Source of the DNA: Azolla caroliniana
Taxonomy: Eukaryota > Plantae > Polypodiophyta
DNA length: 64,000 nucleotides
NCBI GenBank assembly: GCA_043228905.1
Contig: JBHGNT010000007.1
Span: forward strand, 10,664,001 to 10,728,000
Direction: 5' to 3'
Position 1 is the stretch's first letter. Each line of letters starts with the position of its first letter. Of this stretch, positions 24,670-35,210 are shown piece after piece. The translations under genes and the position numbers were made by a program. Under the pieces are notes generated by a model. It searched no databases and was not told the origin of the DNA. It saw only the letters and a program-made list of their open reading frames with translations.

Positions 24670-27600
24670 ATGGAAGGGGAAGAAGGGTGTTTAGAATTAC
24701 CCCTCAATGATCATAAGGATAGGGATGATGCTATCAGGACACAACAAGCCATACGAAACTATTGGGCAGAGAAAAAAAGGAAACATCGTCAATTGTTGAA
24801 GGATGCGAAAGCCACACTCAGTAAAGGTAAGGATAGTTTAGCTGAGAATGTAAGTAATGCGACTACCATCATAGAGAGAAAGGTTGTAGACTATTTCAAT
24901 GTTCAAACCAAGCACATCAGCAATGAAGAAAAGAAGGTAGTACTTTATGGAATATGTAATGATCCATCGATAAAGGACTTAGTTGATTGTGATGGTCTTA
25001 ATGCAAACATATCATCTGTTTTAGTAAATAATCTTCGTAATAGTTTCGTATCTCTGAGCAGGTCAAAAGATGATCTTGTCTTAAAAAGGTCTAGTCTAAT
25101 GATGTTACTTAATAGTGATGTTGACGATATAAACATCACTGAGCTATCTAAGGTAATTGGTGTTAGTAGAAAAACAGTGTACAATACAATGAACCGTATA
25201 ATTTCCTCGGGTGAAGGAACTAGTCTACTAAAGCTAACTACAAGATGTAAGCCAATGACACCCAAAACATTTGAAATCAAGGATGTAATCACAATGTTTT
25301 GGACTAATGAGAGTAGGGTTTCACCCAATAAAAAGGATTTATGCAGGAAACGTGTTGGAAGAAATGAATACGAGGAGCATCCCATTCATCTTCTTGATGT
25401 ACCTCAGGTATTTACATTTATCTCAACATTTCTTTTGACTCTACACGGAAAGTTAATTAGCTTAGTTAGCAGAAAAGCTAATTAGCTTATCAATTACATT
25501 TACCTCAGTTAGCTACTAGGATAGCTACTACATAGGTAACTAGCTACTCTCAATAGCTACTACCATGATAGCTAATTAGCTATTCTCAATGGCTAATTTA
25601 GGTACTACCAGATAATTAGCTACCAAAATAGCTAACTAGCTACCAGGACAACTAATTAGCACTACTAGGATAGCTAATTTCGTTATAACCAGCTAATTAG
25701 GTACTAGGAAAGCTAATTAGCTACCATGATAGCTAATTGGCTACTAGGACAACTAATTAGCCACCATGATAGCTAATTAGCTACTAGGACAACTAATTAG
25801 CCACCATGATAGCTAATTAGGTACTAGACCAGCTAATTAGCTACCATGATAGTTAATTAGTTACTAGGAAAGCTAATTAGCTACCATGATAGCTACTTAG
25901 CTACTAGGACAGCTAATTAGTCACCATGATAGCTAATTAGCTACTAGACTAGCTAATTAGCTACCATGATAGCTAATTAGCTACTAGACCAGCTAATTAG
26001 CTACCATGACAGCTAATTAGCTACTAGAATAGCTAATTAGCTACTAGGACAGCTAATTAGCTACCATGACAGCTAATTAGCTACTAGGACACCTAATTAG
26101 CTACCATGATAGCTAATTAGCTACTAGAATAGCTAATAAGCTACTAAAATAGCTAATTAGCTCCTAGGATAGTTAGCTAGTTACGAGAATAACTAATTCC
26201 CCTTTATTACGCAGGCCGATTTATTTATTAGGTTCAAACGAATGCATCCAACTATCAAAGTTCAACTACGAACATTCGAGTCTCTTAAGACACACTTTGT
26301 GAGACGCTTTAAGGATCGATACACATGTTGTTGCATTTACCATGTACAGATGGGTTTTTTGAAGGACTCTGTTAATCTACTACGTCACCATAGCGCATCC
26401 CTAACTAATACAGTTTGCACATGTGGGTGCCCATTATGTCAAGATTATGGCCCTACTAGATTTAGGTGGTGTCCAAATGAATTGAGTAGTGAAATATTGA
26501 TCTCTGTGAAGTTATTTGAGTCAGTGAACACCTATTTAGAAGGAAAGGTGTGTAAAAGAAAGGATCTAGTTCGGAAGATGCTTAAACCAAGGGATTTTGT
26601 GTCTCTGTTTGAAGTATCTCTAGGAAAGTTCATTAAACACAACTTCATTTATTCATGGCAGGCCCATCAGTTTAAGACTTGCATATCTGATTTCCCAAAT
26701 GATGTAGTAGTCTCAATAGTAGATTTCGCAGAGAATTATACTTTCAAGCAGCAGAATGAAATTCAATCTATGCATTGGTGTTCAATTCAAGTAACCATTT
26801 TTGTGCACATAACATATTTTCGAGTTTCAGGTGATGTTAAAAAAGTAATTCATTTCTTTATTTCCGATGATAAGAAGCATGATACCTTGTTCTTCCAACA
26901 CTGTTTTAAGTTACATTGCCAGTGGTTATTAGCTCAACGTTTGGAGCTTACTCAACATTGGGTTTGGTCTGACGCAGTTGCGTCACAATTCAAGGCTCGA
27001 CGTCCATTTTATTTTGTGGGGAGGTATCCTGCTATAACAGGTTTGGAGATGAGATGGAATGTTTTTGGGTCTGGCCATGGTAAAGGTGAACATGATGGTG
27101 CAGGGGTTGTTATAAAGCGGGCAGTTACCCATGAACAACTAAAGACAAATGGTGTGCACATGAATTGTGCATCACATGTAGTTGAATTTTTAAGAACAAA
27201 TATGTCAACGAGTGCAACATGTGTTTATTCCTCGCAAGTCCAAGATATCAAACGTGAATTTTGGGAAGTGAAGATAGATGAAGTAAATAGGGAGAAGACC
27301 TGGGAGTGCCAAGGAATTCCCGAATTGTGATCTCTACATGCTGTTCGCGGTTATTCCAGGTTGGATGGTCATTGTATTGCGGTTAGAGAATTGACTTGTT
27401 TTTCCTTCCATTGTGTGCAGGGAAATTGGAGATATTGTCTAAACAAAGCATACATTCAGAATTGGGAGTATAACACTCTGAATGATAAGGAAGCAGTTGA
27501 TGGAGAAACAGGGCAGAATGCTGACTTCACATATGAGGGACTTGGAGATACTTTGAGTGATGTCGTGAACGTTGGGGATAACTTCGTTGTAAATGCTGAA

Positions 27601-27921
27601 GAAGGCAATTCAGAGGGTGCTGATTTCTATATATTGAAGTGCATGGTTAGTAAAGAGTGTGCAAGGCAGAATATTGTAGATGCATGGGGAAATTTTGTAT
27701 CGGTCGGGACATTCTACATCGAAGGCATTTTTTATGCAAAACTAGATGACTACGAATATGTGTACAGGCTGTTAGAAGACAAACCATCAGCGTACATGTA
27801 CTCTCATTTGGTCAGGTGCATCAACGTCCCAATGTCAGAATACAATAGCTGCTCAGGTTTATACACTGTTGGTGCTAATGTGTATGAATGTATTTACAAT
27901 AGTATGCCATGGAATTTGTAG
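24670..27921 (+). pseudogene. Spliced DDD/E transposase, Sola2-like (exons 24670-25407 and 26215-27921; ~814 codons, one premature TGA at 27328-27330)
   Basis: Phase-0 intron CAG|GTATTT...TTACGCAG|GCC joins ORF 24670 in frame to ORF 26242, and ORF 27361 is in the same frame. Motifs CCCIYH, VDFAENY..QNEIQSMHW, SDDKKHD, WSDAVASQFK, FGSGHGKGEHDGAG..IKR, RELTCFSFHC. Confidence 0.82.
25455..26198. repeat. Palindromic minisatellite (TAGCTAATTAGCTA core, ~20-bp units alternating as ~40-bp dimers) inside the transposase intron
   Basis: AGCTAATTAGCTACCATGAT alternates with AGCTAATTAGCTACTAGGAC. Confidence 0.95.
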
Positions 27922-29059
27922 CTACAAGTAGCAATTACCATGTTCTCTTGTAAAACAAACATGTATTTCGCGAAAACAGTTAAATAAATTCGTTTGAGAA
28001 TCAATTTCTTGTATACAGTCTCCTTCTGTGCTTCTTTCTCAATAAAATCATGTCTTTTTTGTTAAGTTTTAAGTTATAAGTTATAGCGAAATAGTCATCA
28101 GTAGCTAATTAGTTGTACAAATGCAACTAATTAGCTGTCAATAGCTAAATAGTCATCAATAGCATGAAATCAACAATCTGCAACATATTCCTCAAATTAC
28201 ACAATAGATAAGTACAATGGGAACAAGTAATTAAATTCTTCATTGAATAATGTCATCTCTTTACATATTTATAAATTACCATTGGAAATGTCTACAAATC
28301 TGCTATAAACAGCTAAGCTCTTGCTAGTCAGTGGAACGAGTCTACATATATTATCCGCATATCGAGCTCGGTATGGAGTCCACAACCATGCACCTAGTTG
28401 GCAGCTCACTGTTTGCACCAGGTACTATTCAGGCATTTCCTCGGGTAGAATGAGACAGCATCTCCGAATATTGAAGTAGTGCCAGAAATGTTATGTATCC
28501 AAAATCAATGTGTTGCCGGCATTATATTCAGGCCAAGTAGCCCAAAAATCAGAAAGTCTCTTGAATCTTGCAGCTTCCATTTGCTCACAATTTTCTCGCG
28601 CCCATTGACCTTTAAAACGACTTCGCCATTTTGGGAAGAATCTTGCTAAACACTTCCACACATCTGATTTTGGTTTTTCACTCCAAATAAACAAATCAAA
28701 GTATTGCACAACCCACTCTAGAAACTGATTCGCGTCCCTCCTTGGTTGCATATATCTCACACTCATCAAGACTTTATCAAGCTCCAAGATCAAGGCTCTT
28801 CTTTCGACTTCTAGTGGTTTAGGTTTCCATTCCTGAAACTGAGCCGTTGTTACACCATTTTCTGGTAGGACACGATCAATCTCAATCAGCTCAGGTTCGG
28901 CCGACACAATTGGCGTCCTTTTCCTCTTCAAACCCCTAGTCGACTGTGTTGGGCCTGGCTTCACATTCTGGTGCTCTTGTTTTGTCGACTTAGTTATCAA
29001 TCCTCTGATTACCTCGGTGCATGTAGCTACTGATTTGCTCGATATAAGTCCACTGGTAT

Positions 29060-29190
29060 CACATGTTGCATCTACCTGCAACATCAAGTCATCCGTGCAC
29101 CATGCTGCATCTACCTGCAACACCAAGTCATCCGTGCAACATGTTGCATCTACCTGCAACACCAAGTCATCCGTGCACCATGCTTGATCA
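29060..29190 (-). repeat. 42-bp coding tandem repeat (DDLVLQVDAxxCT, about 3 copies)
   Basis: Visible in the DNA (GCATCTACCTGCAACA.CAAGTCATCCGTGCA) and in ORF 28491-29402. Confidence 0.9.
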
Positions 29191-30121
29191 ACTTGTGTGA
29201 CCAGATCACTTGTGTCAGTTGCTACATCTACTTTCAAGATGGGGCCCTTTAAACATGCTGCAACATCAATAGTATCCACACTGCCATTGGCCTTACGAGC
29301 AATAGAATCAAACCCTTTAGACTCTGCAACATCAGAAAACACCAACATATTCACACTCACAAAGTAACTAACAGTCTCACAAAACAACATCTTGAACATC
29401 AAAGAGTTTCAGTCATAGAACAACACTCTTCAAATTATCTTGGAAAAACATCATAGAGTTCCATTACATAATGTGGATCAAGCAACAACCAATCTGAGGT
29501 TTTACTTGTCCAACGGGATAGTAAAACTTCATAAACCCTAGCAAAATCCCTAAGCTAACAATCATATCCAACTAAACAGTATTTCGCTCCACTACGTCTG
29601 GGCCCCTTGACCGAGTAACTGGTCTTGTTCCCGATCGTGGCCCCTTCTTCAGCCTTTTTCGGGTCGGTTGCCCATTTAGCCTTGCTTCTTTCACCCAATG
29701 CGCAAGTGTGTCCTCCTCCAACAACCTTCCCATCGCCTCAGCAGTTAATTGCACATCAGCCGTTTCTTGAACTAGCTTTTCAAGTACAGAGGGATCTGTT
29801 TGGACATTTTCAGTAGTTGGGCTCGGTGGGGTGGAATCAAGGTCTTGAGATTCGAAGAAATGTTGCATCAAGTGTTCATAAACACTGTTGTTGTGAACCT
29901 CAGTTTTAAATGTTGTTTCCACTATTTCATGGCATTTCACATCGTTGCCTAATTCAGTACACTGTTCCTAAAGAATAGGGTGGAGCTGATCTGAAGGAGA
30001 TGTGATAGCAGGACTCTTACTTTCAGCCACGTTGGCAGCAGTATCCTCATCTGTTGCAGCGTCATCAGCACCAGACACATCATGTGCCGTCCTTAATCCA
30101 CAAGATTCTACAATAACATGG

Positions 30122-31706
30122 CAGCTATTTAGGATAGCTAATTAGCTAGTACGATAGCTAATTACCTACTTTACTCAACTATGGTAGTAGCTAGGATAGC
30201 TAATTAGCTACTATGGTAGCTAGTACGATAGCTAATTAGGATAGCTAATTAGCTAGTACGATAGCTAATTAGCTACTTTACTCAACTATGGTAGTAGCTA
30301 GGATAGTAGCTAATTAGCTACTTTACTCAACTATGGTAGTAGCTAGGATAGCTAATTAGCTACTTTACTAACTATGGTAGTAGCTAGGACAGTTAATTAG
30401 CTACTTTACTAACTATGGTAGTAGCTAGGATAGCTAATTAGCTACTATGGTAGCTAATTAGCTACTTTACTCAACTATGGTAGTAGCTAGGATAGTTAAT
30501 TAGCTACTTTACTAACTATGGTAGTACCTAGGATAGCTAATTAGCTACTTTACTCAACTATGGTATTAGCTAGGATAGCTAATTAGCTACTTTACTCAAC
30601 TATGGTAGTAGCTAGGATAGCTAATTAGCTACTTTTCTCAACCATGGTAATAGCTAGGATAGCTAATTAGCTACTTTACACAACTATGGCAGTAGGATAG
30701 CTAATTAGCTACTTTCTCAACTATGTAGTAGCTAGGATAGCTAATTAGCTGCGAGTAGCTAATTAGCTACTTTACACAACTATGGCAGTAGCTAATTACC
30801 TAGTAGGATAGCTAATTAGTTGCCAGTAGCTAATTAGCTAGTAGGATAGCTAATTAGCTTTTTTACACAACTATGGTACTAGCTAATTAGCTAGTACCCA
30901 TAGCTAATTAGCTACTAGGATAGCTAATTAGCTTTTTTACACAACTATGGTACTAGCTAATTAGCTAGTACCATAGCTAATTAGCTACTAGGATAGCTAA
31001 TTAGCTATCCTAGTAGCTAATTAGCTATCCTAGTAGCTAATTAGATATAGGATAGCTAATTAGCTACTTTACACAACTATGGTACTAGCTAATTAGCTAG
31101 GAGTAGCTAATTAGCTAGTAGCTGACTAACTGCCAGTAGCTAATTAGTTGCCAATAGGATAGCTAATTAGCTAGTACCATAGCTAATTAGCTAGTATCTC
31201 ATTAGCTGTCAGTAACTAATTAGATAGTAGGATAACTAATTAGCTACTTTACACAACTATGGTACTAGCTAATTAGCTAGGAGTAGCTAATTAGCTAGTA
31301 GCTGACTAACTGCCAGTAGCTAATTAGTTGCCAGTAGGATAGCTAATTAGCTAGTACCATAGCTAATTAGCTAGTAGCTCATTAGCTGTCAGTAACTAAT
31401 TAGATAGTAGGATAACTAATTAGCTACTTTACACAACTATGGTACTAGCTAATTAGCTAGTAGCTGACTAACTGCCAGTAGCTAATTAGTTGCCAGTAGG
31501 ATAGCTAATTAGCTAGTAGCTAACTAGTTGCCACTTAGCTAATTAACTATTGTAGTAAACTATGGTAGTAGCTAATTAGCTAATAGGATAGCTATTAGCT
31601 GCTTTAATCAACTATGGTAGTAGCTAATTAGCTACAATGATAGCAGCAAAATAGTTTCCATACTTTTTACGGCTTAGCTAATTAGAAAAGACTAAGCTTA
31701 TTAGCT
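30122..31706. repeat. Second palindromic TAGCTAATTAGCTA array (~43-bp units, ~180-bp higher-order duplications) filling intron 4 of the accessory gene
   Basis: GGATAGCTAATTAGCTACTTTACTCAACTATGGTAGTAGCTA units; the ~31060-31240 block repeats at ~31240-31420. Confidence 0.95.
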
Positions 31707-33084
31707 ACGGTATGGTATACCTGTTAGTTTTCTCCACTCATTTGGTAGAGCTGTACTGCAATCTCCCAAACAGAATGCAACAATTCGACAGGCATGTTGA
31801 AAACAAAGCAGATGGTCTGTGTGGTTGCATGGTTGTAGGTGAACCAACAAAGACGTAGTTTTGTCCTCCACACCTAACCCGCAAGCAATGCAACGTGCTT
31901 GAACTGTCAATAAATCATTTTCTGGTTCTCCTTCATTTGGTAAGGGAGCAAGAATGTTCATGTCCAAATCCTGTCTGGTCCTTACCATTCCCTCCACAAA
32001 ATGTAGCTGCTTCTTAAGGGAGCTAACTACCTGTTCTTGATGAATGTATTGTTCCTTCAATGCAACAGAGAAATTTACCGATTAATTATTCCTGTTTGAC
32101 AATGATACACCAACTTTGCTCAGGAATCGTTAACTTACTTGAAGCTTTTCCAAATTGTAATCTGCAACAATATTTACACCTAGAAGGTCCAGGTTCATTG
32201 AAAGAACCTGGATCTCTATTTGCAGTTGTATTTTACGCTGGGGATCCAAGGGCCCCTCTAATTCAAGCTCCTGTTGCACAACCTATTCCAGATAATGCTT
32301 GGTTAGCACATTTTACCCTTAAAGTTATTTATAACACAATCACATACCAGCAAAACAATAGTTACTTGAATCTTATTTCTAATCGTTGTAACAACGGAAG
32401 TAACTTTGCTCTCCATTGCAAAAGCCATTATGGCTTTCTCTAAATCAGTCTTAAAAATTGCCAATGTGTCATAGGCTTCATGGACATTTTTTAGCATATA
32501 GCTAACCAATGTCTCACCTGTATCATCGACATTGGCTTTCCTTGGGTGTTGGTGTGGTGTATGCCCCGGGTCTTGGTGGGAGTCGGCAGTTGCATCAACA
32601 ACTACCATGCTCCAAAATCTGTCTATTTTTTGCGCCAAGGTCCCCATCTTTCGGCATCTTTTTACCGATGCCTCACCATAGACTGCCCAAGCTACCCTAT
32701 ACATTTCAGGGTCTCTAGATTCCTTCGTTGTTTTGCAGTACTCATATGCAAATGCTCTAGCAAATGAAACTGACAACTCATTGTTGACTGGGATCTCCCG
32801 ATTAACTTTCTGGTGCAGCCTCATGCAGTCATCGTACAAGTCGGCTCGTACATGCTTCAGCTTGACCTTGGCTTTGACTCTAGGCACTGTATATACTGTC
32901 ATTCAGTCTACATCACTGAACAATTTATCACTTAGGATAGTAGGGTCAACACCCTCGAGTGACACACCATAGGTGTTGTGGAAGTCCTCCTTTGTCTCGC
33001 AAAATTTTGCGAAGTTTAGCACTCTCGGATACGAAGGAACGAGCCATCTGAAATATCATTTCAAAAATAAGAAATAGTGCAAAA

Positions 33085-33600
33085 TCAGAATATGTCAGAA
33101 TCAGAAACCCCAATCAACAACAACAGAAATAGTGCAAAATCTTTAACTTAGCAAATCAGAAACCCTAATCATAATTTGTATTCAGAGATTTGAAATCAAA
33201 AACCCTAATCAAAATCTGTAATAAGAAGTTTGTAACCAGAAACCCTATTCAGAAATTCTAATCAGAAATTTATAATCAAAAACCCTAATCAGAAATTTCA
33301 ATCACAAACCCTAATAAAAAATTTCAATCACAAACCCTAATTAGAAATCCTAAATAGAAATTTATAAACAAAAACCCTATTTAGAAATTCTAATCAGAAA
33401 TTCTAATCTGTAATCAAAATTTGTAACTAGAAACCCTATTCAGAAATTCTAATCAGAAATTTATAATCAAAAACCTTAATCAGAAATTTCAATCAGAAAC
33501 CCTAATTAGAAATTTCAATCACAAACCCTAATCAGAAATTCTAATCAGAAATTTATAAACAAAAACCCTAATTAGAAATTTCAATCAAAAACCCCAATCA
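33085..33600. repeat. AT-rich array of AAACCCTAAT(CAGAAATT) units (telo-box-like) in intron 1 of the accessory gene
   Basis: More than 10 copies of AAACCCTA, interspersed with AATCAGAAATT. Confidence 0.85.
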
Positions 33601-35210
33601 TCACTAAAGACAGGATTAAACATAAAAAAAGTAATATAAACACACCTGCTGCTACTCCCTGATCTCCGAGACATCCTTGTGTGGGACTCCAAGGACTTCA
33701 CCCTATTCGATTTTGGGGAAATATGAATCGGCACCAAAGTTCAGATTGTAGTCAAAAAGAAAAAACAAATGTTTGGGGTTTCTGTAACTGAAACATACTT
33801 GGACGATGATCAAGCGGGTTCTGTGTTGTAGCTCTCAATCTGCAATGTCGATTTTTTGCTGTTGCGGGAGCTACGTTTGCGTTCGTGCTCTGAGTACTCC
33901 ATCTGCGTTCAAAATCAAACTTAGGCTAAACAGGAAATTGATGACATGGAAGTCGACCTTAGATGATGGTGCTATTCCCCAAGTTCCACTACGTTTGAAA
34001 CAGAACTTCAAATATTTGAGTTTTTTCATAAATTAGTTTTTCAAATATTTGATTTTCCCACAAAAAAGACTAGCTAAACAAATAGCTAATTAGCTATGGC
34101 CATTTTAGTAGCTAATTAGCTATACTAGTGTTTCCACTCGCATGCTTTTACCCTTCTATTAATTATCCGCTGTCAATTACATTGTAACCGGGCCTTTATA
34201 TAGGTCTCTGGTGCGAAGTACAAAACGGTGCCAACCGGCACTTATTCGGAATCGGTCCGGATCCGGATCGGCATACCGATTCCGGTTCGTCCGTCCCTAT
34301 TAATAAAATAATTACAACAGTTCCCGAATTAATTATTCCTTTCACACTCTGGTCTGGACATCCTTAAGCCTTCTTGCCGGCCGGGTAACAACCTTGACTC
34401 CCCCTGCTTGTGGAGGGTCCGGAACTGTTGTCGGCTCGATACGTTCTCTGTGCCTTTGGTCCTGCACTTACTAGCCGCTACCATTGCGAGCTGACCCACC
34501 TCGTCCACCACGCCCATGGGGCCGATCCGCTACCATTGCGAGCTGATCAACCTTGTCCACTACGCCCACGGGGCCGATCCGCCTCCGTGTACAACATTTG
34601 GTTGTTGGTGGGTGCACTTGTTGACGCACCGACGTGGTTCTCCTCTACAAGGAGCATCGAGTGTAAGTCGAAAAATGATGACGTATTCTCCCTTGTACAT
34701 ACCGCCGTTCGGAACGCTCTGAACTTAGACACTAGGCCCCCAAGACAGATTTGCACCATCTCCTCTTCCTCAACAGTGACGTTTATAGAGGCAAGTGAGT
34801 CACAAATCTCTTTGATTCGGGCCATGTAATCGGCTACCGACATGTCCTTCTGTCGGACATTACTCAACTCCTGTCCGGGCCGTAGTGCTTGCCGCGAAAA
34901 CCTTCTTCAGGTTTCCCCAAGCTTCTTTTGGCGTCTTGGCATCTCGAACATGCCTCAACAGCTGGTCTCTGACACTGGACGCAAAGCAGTACATCACTCG
35001 GCTTGCCGCTTGTTTCCACATTGGGAAGTCCTTGTGTGCCGCATAAGGTCTTGTGTCATTAGCTATGTTGACATAGGTCCAGTAACCATGCCCAAGCAGG
35101 TACTGGTGCATCTTGTATGACCAAGTTGCGTAGTTGGATCTAACGAGCTTCTCCATCGGGAGCGAGCTAGCCATTCCTCTGTCCATCACTTCTCTTTCTG
35201 TTCTTACCGG

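Larger units (their letters stand above)
28269..33674 (-). pseudogene. Six-exon accessory gene: unknown N-terminal domain, coiled coil, RING-like Cys/His domain, low-complexity linker, FCP1/NIF-like HAD domain
   Basis: Exons 33674-33646, 33047-32366, 32270-32139, 32054-31721, 30107-~29575 and 29323-28269. The first four GT-AG introns are phase-consistent; the last donor is unclear. CIAC..PCNHTDHLLC....C; LILELDKVL..FLEWV..FDLFIWS..KRLS..NTLILD. A few in-frame stops. Confidence 0.7.
23918..34130. mobile_element. Large two-gene DNA transposon (Sola2-type transposase plus a convergent accessory gene); left end not visible
   Basis: DDD transposase on the plus strand and a spliced gene on the minus strand share a TAGCTAATTAGCTA motif throughout. 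The right terminus reads CACTAGTATAGCTAATTAGCTA on the minus strand. The left boundary is only the end of the gypsy 1 LTR. Confidence 0.7.
9419..34390. mobile_element. LTR-bounded (gypsy-related) insertion with ~45-bp inverted termini; most of its own internal sequence is lost or replaced
   Basis: Copia B gag is continuous across it with TSD GCCTT/ACCTT. Left end TGTTACTCGGTCGGCAAGAAGGCTTAAGGATGTCC; right end GGACATCCTTAAGCCTTCTTGCCGGCCGGGTAACA. 34154-34390 is a direct repeat of ~9694-9930. 9493-9930 resembles the reverse complement of the gypsy 3 LTR (56214-56760). Confidence 0.75.

Noticed and set aside
33085-33600. Interstitial telomere
   Set aside because: No tandem (CCCTAAA)n run; the motifs are single, spaced copies inside a predicted intron.
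23918-34130. Autonomous Helitron or classical CACTA element
   Set aside because: No Rep/helicase motifs and no TnpD-type transposase motifs were recognised; only the terminus resembles these groups.
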